Source of the DNA: Dehalococcoidia bacterium
GTDB taxonomy: Bacteria > Chloroflexota > Dehalococcoidia > UBA2979
Assembly (NCBI GenBank): GCA_963667465.2
Contig: CAXXDN010000002.1
Span: forward strand, 992,001 to 1,056,000
Reading direction: 5' to 3'
Length of the DNA: 64,000 nucleotides
In this document: in pieces, positions 56,089-64,000 of the stretch
How positions within the stretch are numbered: position 1 is the first letter of the stretch
How the letters are laid out: each line of letters opens with the position of its first letter
The notes under the pieces: generated by a model
Database searches by the model: none
The model's input: the letters and a program-made list of their open reading frames with translations, nothing else
What the model was told of the DNA's origin: nothing
Translations under genes and position numbers: made by a program

Positions 56089-58557
56089 CTACTCCGGCAA
56101 CGGCTTCGGCTCCTCCGAGGCGGCGACGCGCGCGCGCCGCAGCTCCACGATGCCCTCGGCGCTGTAGCCGAGCTCGGCGAGGATCGCGTCGGTGTGCTGG
56201 CCCGCGAGCACACCGGGGCCGTAGCGCCCGGGCGTACGCGAGAACGTGACGGTAGGCCCCCAGCGCTGGTAGCGGCCGAAGCCGGCGTGCTCCACCTCGG
56301 GGGCGAAGCCGTTGGCGCGCATGTGCTCGTCGTCCCGGAGGAACTCACCGGGCGGCACGTCGGCTCGCACGCACGGAGCGCCGGCCGCGATCAGCTCGCG
56401 CTCCCACTCGTCCGCCCCGCACGCGCCGAACGCCTCGCCCAGCGCGGAAGCGAGCGCCTCCGCCTCACGCCCGCGGTCCTCGGGCGTGGCGAAACGCGCA
56501 TCCGCCGCGAGGTCGGGGCCGCCGAGCCGCGACAGCGCCGCGGCGAGCGCAACCCACTCGCGCTCGTGCGAGATCTCGAGGTAGACCCAGCCTTCGGCCG
56601 TCTCGTAGAGGCGGCGCAGCGGGGTCGGGCCGTACAGCTCCGGGTCGGCCTGCGCGCGCGGCGGCTTGCCCTCGTAGGAGAGGAAGTCGTCGCTGTTCGC
56701 GTAGGCGTTGGCCCCGAGCATGCTGAGGTCGATGCGCTGCCCGCGCCCGCTGCGGCGGCGCGCGTAGAGGCCGAGCAGCGCCGACGAGGTGAGCGCAACC
56801 GAGGTGTTGGGGTCCGGGTTCGCCTCATTGGAGACGTAGAGCCAGCGCGAGGCCTCGCGGATCTCATCGAGGTCGTCGCAGTCCGTGGGCGGCATGCCGG
56901 AGCCAGCCTGGTGCAGCGCGCCGCCCATCGCCGCGCCGGGGATCGGGTGGGCGGCGGGGCGGCTCGCGCTCGGGCCGTCCGGCCCGTAGCCGGTGGCGGC
57001 GATGTACACCAGCTCCGGCCGCAGCGCGCTCAATTCGTCGTAGCCGATGCCGAGTCGTTCCGCGACGCCGGGGCGGTAGTTGTGGACCAGCACGTCGGCG
57101 TTGCGCACGAGGCGGTGCGCGATCTCCTGGCCTCCGGCCGTCTTGAGGTCCAGGCAGATACTCTCCTTGCCCGCCGTCGTCTTCGCCGAGCCGATGTACT
57201 GGCCGAAGCCCTGTCCCATGTAGCGGTACGGATCGCCCTCAAGCGGCTCGATCTTGATCACGCGCGCACCGAGGTCGGCGAGCAGCGAGGCGCCCAGCGG
57301 CGCCGCGATCACCGTCGCGAACTCCAGCACCGTGACGCCATCGAGGACGTGCGCGGGCGCGTCCAGCGCGAACGGGGGCGCCTGCGCCCGCCGGGGTGCG
57401 CGCCGCCCGTTGCGCGCCGCGAACAGCTGCGCCTGGTGCGCGCCCGGGTCGGCGGAAGGCGCGCCGGTCCGGCCGGGCGTCTCCCGCAGCTGCGCCAGCG
57501 GTCCCAGTTGCACGAGCCGGCCGAGGCGCGGGTGCTCGCCCTCGCTCACCTCGCCGTTGGCGCGCAGGTCGATGTTGTCGAGCGCCTCCTGCGCGGTTTC
57601 GAACGGTTCGGACGCGACATTGCCGTCGGCGCGGAAGATCTCCATCCACTCGCCGGAGGGCCGCTCGCGGATGCGTTCGAGGATCACGCCGCGCAGTGCC
57701 TCGCGGTCCTCGATGGTCTCCGTGTTCGGCGCGAGCGCGAAGCGCGGATCGCTGTAGATGTGCGAGAGGTCGGCGGCGGCGATCATCGCGTGGAAGAGGT
57801 GTTCCATCAGGTTCGCGAACTGGATCCAGCGCCCGTCCGAGGCCAGCGCCGGCAGGTACTGCAGCGTGATCCGGCCCGCCGCCGCCGACTGCCTGATGTC
57901 GACCTCGAACTCGGACGGGAAGCGCCGGGCGAGCTGCGTGCGCAGCAGGCTGTGCGTGTCGAAGGGGAACAGCCCCTGCAGCAGGCTGGTCTCGACGAGC
58001 TGTCCCCGCCCCGTCCGGTCGCGCACGAGCAGCGCCGCGAGGATGCCCGACAGCGCCGACTGCATCGCGCCGTGCGTCCCGACGGGCACGGCGGCGTAGG
58101 CGGGCCCCGGGCGCTGCGGCAGCCCGGCGAAGAGCTGCATGCGCCCGCTCTTGGCCGCCACCAGCCCCTCCGTCGCCGGGTAGTGCGCGTAGGGGCCGCG
58201 CGGTCCCCAGCCCGTGATCGAGCAGTAGACGAGCCCGGGGTTCAGCGCCTCGAGCGTGTGGTAGTCCGCCCCCAGCCTCGCCGCCTTGCCCGGTGCATAC
58301 GAGGCGACGACGACGTCCGCGTCCGCGACGAGGCCATGGAGGCGGCCTCGATCCTCGGGACGCACGAGGTCAAGCACGACGCTGCGCTTGCCGCGCAGCC
58401 ACATCGGCGCGGCGGCGGCGCCGCGGTGCGGGTCGCCGCCTGGCGGCTCGACCTTGAGGACGTCAGCGCCGAAGTCGGCGAGCACCATCGAGGCCAGCCC
58501 GCCGGCGAGCCCGCTGCTGAGATCGACGACGAGCAGGTCGTCGCAGGGGCCGCTCAC
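56089..58557 (-). CDS. Fused double-domain family III CoA-transferase
   Basis: Two CaiB repeats (LADFGADVLKVEPPGGD; LADLGARVIKIEPLEGD) in 822 aa. Confidence 0.92.
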   Translation of the reverse strand: MSGPCDDLLVVDLSSGLAGGLASMVLADFGADVLKVEPPGGDPHRGAAAAPMWLRGKRSVVLDLVRPEDRGRLHGLVADADVVVASYAPGKAARLGADYHTLEALNPGLVYCSITGWGPRGPYAHYPATEGLVAAKSGRMQLFAGLPQRPGPAYAAVPVGTHGAMQSALSGILAALLVRDRTGRGQLVETSLLQGLFPFDTHSLLRTQLARRFPSEFEVDIRQSAAAGRITLQYLPALASDGRWIQFANLMEHLFHAMIAAADLSHIYSDPRFALAPNTETIEDREALRGVILERIRERPSGEWMEIFRADGNVASEPFETAQEALDNIDLRANGEVSEGEHPRLGRLVQLGPLAQLRETPGRTGAPSADPGAHQAQLFAARNGRRAPRRAQAPPFALDAPAHVLDGVTVLEFATVIAAPLGASLLADLGARVIKIEPLEGDPYRYMGQGFGQYIGSAKTTAGKESICLDLKTAGGQEIAHRLVRNADVLVHNYRPGVAERLGIGYDELSALRPELVYIAATGYGPDGPSASRPAAHPIPGAAMGGALHQAGSGMPPTDCDDLDEIREASRWLYVSNEANPDPNTSVALTSSALLGLYARRRSGRGQRIDLSMLGANAYANSDDFLSYEGKPPRAQADPELYGPTPLRRLYETAEGWVYLEISHEREWVALAAALSRLGGPDLAADARFATPEDRGREAEALASALGEAFGACGADEWERELIAAGAPCVRADVPPGEFLRDDEHMRANGFAPEVEHAGFGRYQRWGPTVTFSRTPGRYGPGVLAGQHTDAILAELGYSAEGIVELRRARVAASEEPKPLPE

Positions 58558-58597
58558 GCGGCCCCCGGCGATGGCGTATCGGGCACGCTCCAGACGC

Positions 58598-60388
58598 CTA
58601 CTTGGCGATCCAGAGGTAGTCCCGTCCGCGCTGGCCGGGCTCGAACGTGCCCTCGAGGCCGTAGACGTCCTCGAAGCCGCGCATCCGCTCGGACCAGTAG
58701 TTGATCTGCAGGTACACGTAGATCTGGACGATCGGCATGTGCTCCTGGATCAGCAGATCCTGGACCTGCTTGATCGTCTCGCCCCGCTCCTCGATGTCGA
58801 ACTGCATCGAAGCCTGGTCGATCAGCGAGTCGATCGTCGGATCGGCGAAGTTGCCGTAGTTGCGCGAGCCCTCCGAGTGGTACTGCGAGTGCAACTCCAG
58901 CACGGCGTCCGGCTGTCCGAGGATGGTGTAGCAGACGGCCTGCCAGCCCTCGCGGGAGTTCTGCCGCTTGCTGAACGCCGCGATGTCCGTCGGGAGGTCC
59001 AGCTCGACGTTCATGTCCGGCCAGACGGTCTTCCAGGCATCGATCGCGCGCGTGCTCGAGTCGTACCAGTTCGTGGTCGGCGCTGGCACGCCGAGCAGCA
59101 GCTTCCACTCGAACTCGCCGTTGGGGAACCCGGCGGCCGACATCAGCTGCATCGCCTCCTGGATGTCGGCTTCCTTCGTATTCGGATTCCAGCCCGGCAT
59201 CTGGGCGATCTCGTCGGACTTGTAGGCCTCGCCGTAGCCCGATGCGAGCGGGCCGGTGAAGCGCCAGGCGTTGCCGTAGTAGCTGTCGCCGGCCTCCTTG
59301 TAGTTCGGCACACGCTGCAGGGCGAGCCGCACGCGGGCGTCGTCGAACGGCTTCTCCCTGGTGTTAAAGCGCCAGTGCGGCCACAGCACGGACTCCGGCA
59401 TCACGAAGCGCTGGCCCTGGCCGCCCAGCTTGTCCAGCGTCTCCTGCTCCACCCGGTTCGGGCCGGAGAAAAAGTCCACCGAGCCCTGCGTGAACGCGGC
59501 CATCAGCGCCGTCTTGTCCGCGAGGAACACGAACTCGACACCATCGAGGAGCGGCAACGGGGACTTCCACCAGTCCGGGTTGCGGCTCATCTTGACTGTC
59601 ACTTCGTTCTCGTACTCGTCGACGATGAACGGGCCAGAGCCAACCGCCGTGACCGGGTCGTTGAAGTCGCCGCCCGAGGCGAGGAACTCCTTGGGCACCA
59701 TCGAGTTGCGGCCGTCCGTGAGGCCCCACAGGAAGCTGCCGCGCGGCCGGTCGAACGTCACGCTCAGCGTGGAGGCGTCGACGGCCGTGACATCCTCCAT
59801 ACCCGCCACGGTGCCGCGGCGCTGGTAGCGGCCGATCTCGGTCTCCTCCGCGTCCGCATAGCGGCCGGCGATGCGCTCGAAGTTGTAGACGATGTCCTCG
59901 GCGTCCACGGCGCGACCGTTGATCGGCGCCTTGTTCTGCCAGACCGCGCCTTCGCGCACGTTCATCGTCATCGAGACGCCGTCCGGCGCGACCTCCCAGT
60001 CCTGGATGAGCTCGCCGACAACCTCGGAGGCGTTGCGGTTGCGCCGCACCGCGTGGTCGCCGATGAACTGCCAGAGGAACCAGCCCGTGGAGGTGGACTG
60101 GTGGGGGTCGACGGCGCCGGCCAGGGACGACGTCCTCGTGTACCTGAAGACGCCGCCGCGCCGTGCATCCGGCGTCGGAGTTGGCTCGGGCGTCGCGGTG
60201 GCAGGAGCGGCGGTGGGGGCCGGGGTCGCCGGCGCCGGGGTGGCCGGCGCCTCCTCGTCGTCGTCGCCGCAGCCGATCAGCGCCGCAGCCGCAAGGCCCG
60301 CGCCACCGAGCGCCGCCCCTCGCAGCAGCGTGCGCCGCGACGTGCGTACATGCAGCATCCGCAGAAAGTCTGAGTCGTTGGTCGCCAT
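58598..60388 (-). CDS. Family 5 ABC substrate-binding lipoprotein with Tat signal
   Basis: SRRTLL twin-arginine, LIGC lipobox, Pro/Ala/Thr linker, GSGPF, PFDD.RVR. Confidence 0.9.
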   Translation of the reverse strand: MATNDSDFLRMLHVRTSRRTLLRGAALGGAGLAAAALIGCGDDDEEAPATPAPATPAPTAAPATATPEPTPTPDARRGGVFRYTRTSSLAGAVDPHQSTSTGWFLWQFIGDHAVRRNRNASEVVGELIQDWEVAPDGVSMTMNVREGAVWQNKAPINGRAVDAEDIVYNFERIAGRYADAEETEIGRYQRRGTVAGMEDVTAVDASTLSVTFDRPRGSFLWGLTDGRNSMVPKEFLASGGDFNDPVTAVGSGPFIVDEYENEVTVKMSRNPDWWKSPLPLLDGVEFVFLADKTALMAAFTQGSVDFFSGPNRVEQETLDKLGGQGQRFVMPESVLWPHWRFNTREKPFDDARVRLALQRVPNYKEAGDSYYGNAWRFTGPLASGYGEAYKSDEIAQMPGWNPNTKEADIQEAMQLMSAAGFPNGEFEWKLLLGVPAPTTNWYDSSTRAIDAWKTVWPDMNVELDLPTDIAAFSKRQNSREGWQAVCYTILGQPDAVLELHSQYHSEGSRNYGNFADPTIDSLIDQASMQFDIEERGETIKQVQDLLIQEHMPIVQIYVYLQINYWSERMRGFEDVYGLEGTFEPGQRGRDYLWIAK

Positions 60389-60572
60389 GAGCACCCTCCG
60401 TACCGGCCGGATGCCCGCCGTGCCCCGCGCGCGGACAAGGGCTGCCAGCCTGACCTGCCCGGTCCTCACACGCCTGCCACACGCCTCGTTGTTCCGCGGC
60501 GCCGGACCAGGCAGCACTACGCCCTCGATAACGAAAGCGTTAGTCCGGCGATGCTAGCAGAGCGGCGGAGGC

Positions 60573-60962
60573 CTATCCACCTGTGAAGGCTCGGCTGTCC
60601 TCGGGAGGCGTCCCCGAATGCACGAGACCGACGAGGTCGCCCTCGAGGTCCCGGAACTGGGCCAGGGTCACCATCCCGGGGACCGTCGTGACGCCCATCA
60701 CGGTCTCGCCGCCGAGCGAATCGATCCGGTCGAGCGCCGCTCGCATGTCGTCGACCGTGGTCGTAGAACGTCACGCAGGGCTGCCCGCCCCCTCCATCGC
60801 CCCGCCGACGCCGACGCCGATGCCCTCGTCCTGCGCCTCGACGAGGCCGTAGGCCAGCGGGTTGTTCGCGTTGACGTCCCAGTCGAAGGCGTCACGGTAG
60901 ACCTGCTGGATCGCCGCGCCGTCCCTGCCGGCGACCTCGAAGTGGACCAGCGGGTTCGGCAT
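60573..60962 (-). pseudogene. VOC/glyoxalase-family gene interrupted by in-frame TGA (60773-60771)
   Basis: MPNPLVHFEV...FDW... TGA ...VDDMRAALDRIDSLGG...AQFRDLEG; conserved VTFY lies in another frame over a short stretch. Confidence 0.75.
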
Positions 60963-61069
60963 TCGCATTCCTCTCGACGTTGTTGCCCGCAGCGGCGGAT
61001 CCGCCGCCGCTCCTATCATCAGACACGCACGCCGCCCGGCTTCCGGCCGGTGACGCTCATGGAGGAGCG

Positions 61070-61804
61070 ATGCTGCAAGCCCGCAGCGACCGCGGACTGC
61101 TGCGCGAGCGCAACGAGGACGCCGCCGCCGCGCTGGCGCTGCCCGACGGCTCGCTGCTGCTGGCCGTCGCCGACGGCCTTGGTGGCCACGCGGGCGGCGC
61201 GGTCGCCTCGCGGACCGCGCTCGATGCGCTGGTCGAGCGGCTGCGCGCACGGCCGCCGTCCGACCCGGCCGCCGGCCTGCGTGCCGCCTTCGAGGAAGCG
61301 AACCATGCGGTGCGGGACCGGCAGCAGGGAGCGCACGCGCGGATGTGCACGACGCTCGTCGCCGCGCTCGTCCGCGGCTCCCGCGCCTGGACGGCGAACG
61401 TCGGCGACAGCCGCGCCTACCTCGTGCCGCTCGCCGGCGGAGCGGCGCTGCGGCTCACCGAGGACCACTCCTGGGTCGAGGAGCAGGTCCGCGCCGGGCT
61501 GCTCGAACCGGACGACCCGCTGACCGCGCTCAACCGCTACGTCATCACGCGAGCGATCGGCCTCCGCGAGGAGGCCGGGACGGACGTGACGGGCCCGATC
61601 GCCCTGCCCGACCGCTGCGTGTTGCTGCTGAGCAGCGATGGCCTGTACGGCGTGCTCGACAACGAGGAGATCGGCCGCGTCGTGGCCGAGTCAGCCGACG
61701 ACTACGCCTCGGAGCTGATCGACGCCGTGCTCGAGCGCGGCGCACCGGACAACGTCGCCGTCGCGCTCTACGTCCACGAGGTCAGCGGCAAGGCCGGCCC
61801 GTAG
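61070..61804 (+). CDS. PP2C-family Ser/Thr protein phosphatase
   Basis: RERNED, VADGLGGH, ANVGDSRAY, TEDHS, SDGL, DN. Confidence 0.95.
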   Translation: MLQARSDRGLLRERNEDAAAALALPDGSLLLAVADGLGGHAGGAVASRTALDALVERLRARPPSDPAAGLRAAFEEANHAVRDRQQGAHARMCTTLVAALVRGSRAWTANVGDSRAYLVPLAGGAALRLTEDHSWVEEQVRAGLLEPDDPLTALNRYVITRAIGLREEAGTDVTGPIALPDRCVLLLSSDGLYGVLDNEEIGRVVAESADDYASELIDAVLERGAPDNVAVALYVHEVSGKAGP

Positions 61805-61818
61805 CCCTCGCGCCGTGC

Positions 61819-62622
61819 TCAGCGAGGGTCGTGGCGGTTGGGGCTGCTGATGTGCACGCCGCCGTCCACGGGGATCGCGACGCCGGTGACGTAGCGCGCC
61901 TCATCCGAGGCGAGGTAGACGGCGCACCAGGCGGTGTCCCAGCCGCTCCCCTCCCTGCCCAGCGGCGACGCACGGCGGCGGCGATCGCGCAGCTCCTCGC
62001 TCATCCCGCGCGACCAGACGGAGGGCGTGTACATCGGCCCGACGATGATGCAGTTGGCGCGAATGCCCTGCTCCGCGTGGTCCATCGCCAACCCGGCCGT
62101 GAGCGTGATCAGCGCGCCCTTCGCCGTCGAGTACGACGTGAGGTGCACCGGCCGGATCGCCGAGAGCGACGAGGTGACGTTGATCGCGCCGCCGCCGCCC
62201 TCGGCCATCACGGGGATCGCCGCCTTGCTGGCCAGCATCGTGCTCGTGAGGTTGGCGCGGATCACCTGCTCCCAGAACTCCTCGTCGATATCGATGATCG
62301 TGCCCGGGCCGCTCATCCCGGCGTTGTTGTGGAGGATGTCGAGCTTGCCCCAGCGCTCCACCGCCTCGCCGACCATGGACTGGCAGTCCTCGCTGCGCGT
62401 CACATCGCCGAGGAACATCGCGGCCTCGCCGCCCTCCGCCTCGATCGCCTCGAGGGTCGGCAGGGTGCGCTCCCGGCTGCGGCCGACGAGCAGCACCTTC
62501 GCACCCTCGCGCGCGAACAGGATCGCCGTCGCGCGCCCGTTGCCGATGCCCTCGGTCACCGATCCCGCACCCGTGACGATCGCGACCTTGCCGGCGAGCC
62601 GGCCTGCCCGTTCCTCGGTCAT
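61819..62622 (-). CDS. Short-chain dehydrogenase/reductase
   Basis: TGAGS...GIGNG, NNAG, YSTAK. Confidence 0.95.
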   Translation of the reverse strand: MTEERAGRLAGKVAIVTGAGSVTEGIGNGRATAILFAREGAKVLLVGRSRERTLPTLEAIEAEGGEAAMFLGDVTRSEDCQSMVGEAVERWGKLDILHNNAGMSGPGTIIDIDEEFWEQVIRANLTSTMLASKAAIPVMAEGGGGAINVTSSLSAIRPVHLTSYSTAKGALITLTAGLAMDHAEQGIRANCIIVGPMYTPSVWSRGMSEELRDRRRRASPLGREGSGWDTAWCAVYLASDEARYVTGVAIPVDGGVHISSPNRHDPR

Positions 62623-62768
62623 TCAGCGCTCCTCTCGCAGCCTCGGCGCGGTCTTGCCTGCCGGGCGTGACTCTCGCGGGGATACTACCGACACGCGCTC
62701 ATTCGCGCGCCGGACGGCGTATGCTGGCGACCGCTGGGCATATAACGGACGCGCTCAGCGGAGGCGCC

Positions 62769-63719
62769 GTGCGCAACTACATCGTCGCCCGCCTGCTCGC
62801 GATCATCCCCACGACGATGGTCCTGATCCTCTTCGTCGTCGTCCTGATCCGCCTGCTGCCCGGCGACGCGATCGACGTACTGCTCGAGGAACAGGTGCGC
62901 CTCGACGACGTCTCGCGCGGGGAGCTGGAGGCGCGGCTCGGCCTCGACAAGTCGCTGCCCGAGGAGTTCGTGCGCTACACGCTGGGCACGCTGCGCGGCG
63001 ATCTGGGCAACTCGATCTTCACGGAGGAGCCGGTCACAGGCCTGATCCGGCAGCGGATCGGCGTGACCCTGACGATGGGCGTGATGGCCCTCGTCATCGG
63101 CGCCACGACCGGCGTGGTGATCGGCATCATCTCGGCGGTCAGGCGCAACAGCCTGCTGGACTACGTTCTGCGCAGCGTCTCGATTGCCGGATTGAGCATT
63201 CCCAACTTCGCGATCGCCACGGCGGTGATCGTCTTCCCGACGATCTGGTGGAAGTGGTCGCCGCCGGTGATCTACACGCCGCCCGGCGACGGGATCTGGC
63301 CCTACACGGCCCAGTTCTTCACGCCGGCCATCATCCTCGGCCTGTCCCTCAGCGCCTCGCTGATGCGCCTGACGCGCACGATGATGCTCGAGGTGCTGCG
63401 GCAGGACTACATCACCACCGCCCGCTCGAAGGGCCTGCACGAGGGGAAGGTGGTGCTGCGGCACGCCCTGCGCAACGCGCTGATCCCCGTCGTCTCGCTG
63501 CTCGGCATCCAGGTGGCGTTCCTGCTCTCCGGCACCGTGATCCTCGAGAGCATCTTCTCGCTGCCCGGGCTGGGGCGGACGCTAATCGGCTCGCTGTCGG
63601 CCCGCGACTACCCGGTCGTGCAGGGGCTGACCGTGGTCTCCGGGCTGCTCGTGATCATGGTGAACCTGATGGTCGACTTCTCATACGGCGTGCTCGACCC
63701 GCGCACGAGGACGGAGTAG
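62769..63719 (+). CDS. Peptide/nickel ABC permease (OppB-like)
   Basis: YIVARLL, PGD, DYITTARSKGL, HALRNA, LDPR; GGAGG then GTG. Confidence 0.93.
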   Translation: MRNYIVARLLAIIPTTMVLILFVVVLIRLLPGDAIDVLLEEQVRLDDVSRGELEARLGLDKSLPEEFVRYTLGTLRGDLGNSIFTEEPVTGLIRQRIGVTLTMGVMALVIGATTGVVIGIISAVRRNSLLDYVLRSVSIAGLSIPNFAIATAVIVFPTIWWKWSPPVIYTPPGDGIWPYTAQFFTPAIILGLSLSASLMRLTRTMMLEVLRQDYITTARSKGLHEGKVVLRHALRNALIPVVSLLGIQVAFLLSGTVILESIFSLPGLGRTLIGSLSARDYPVVQGLTVVSGLLVIMVNLMVDFSYGVLDPRTRTE

Positions 63720-63725
63720 GCGACG

Positions 63726-64000
63726 ATGGCCGTGGCCGACGACGCGATGCTCGTTCCGCAGGAGCGATCCCTCGCAGCGCGCTGGGGCACGACCCTCGTG
63801 CGCTTTTCGAGGCGTCAGCCGATCGGCGCGTTCTCGGCGGCTGTGCTTGTGCTGCTGGTGTTCGTTGCGGTCTTCGCCGATGTGATCGCGCCCTACTCGC
63901 CGACCCGCAACAACGTCGGGGAGAGCCTGATCAACCCCTCGACCGACCACTTCTTCGGCACGGACCAGTTCGGACGCGACCTGTTCAGCCGCGTCATCCA
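63726..64000 (+). CDS. Peptide/nickel ABC permease (OppC-like), truncated by window end
   Basis: Manual translation ends ...APYSP...HFFGTDQFGRDLFSRVI. Confidence 0.88.
   Translation, partial: MAVADDAMLVPQERSLAARWGTTLVRFSRRQPIGAFSAAVLVLLVFVAVFADVIAPYSPTRNNVGESLINPSTDHFFGTDQFGRDLFSRVI

Overview
GC-rich bacterial chromosome segment. Gene content and order suggest Chloroflexota, probably Dehalococcoidia-like (inference). Positions 1-46 kb are mostly housekeeping: argA-like GNAT, nadK, tlyA, clpX-clpP-tig, a peptide ABC module, aspS, hemW, an HDAC-family gene, selB, secF-secD-yajC-def-priA, rplS-trmD, mogA, a dcw cluster (mraZ to ftsZ, no murE/murB), nrdR and nrdJ. Positions 46-64 kb are catabolic: flavin/F420 oxidoreductases, three CaiB CoA-transferases, a MaoC pair, thiolase-like + DUF35, ABC components, a broken VOC gene, PP2C and SDR. 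No rRNA, tRNA, CRISPR, integrase or transposase was recognised. Main anomalies: (1) a 1,047-bp integrase-free three-gene toxin-antitoxin cassette flanked by a perfect 15-bp direct repeat of the nadK 3' end, whose RelE toxin has GTC where the start codon should be; (2) ftsZ with an in-frame ~216-codon acidic N-terminal extension and two strong ribosome-binding sites; (3) SecF with an inserted SH3b-like/acidic periplasmic segment; (4) an acidic repeat protein translationally coupled to the deacetylase; (5) candidate DnaA, MraZ and LexA sites around nrdR-nrdJ. All calls come from reading motifs by eye; no searches were run.
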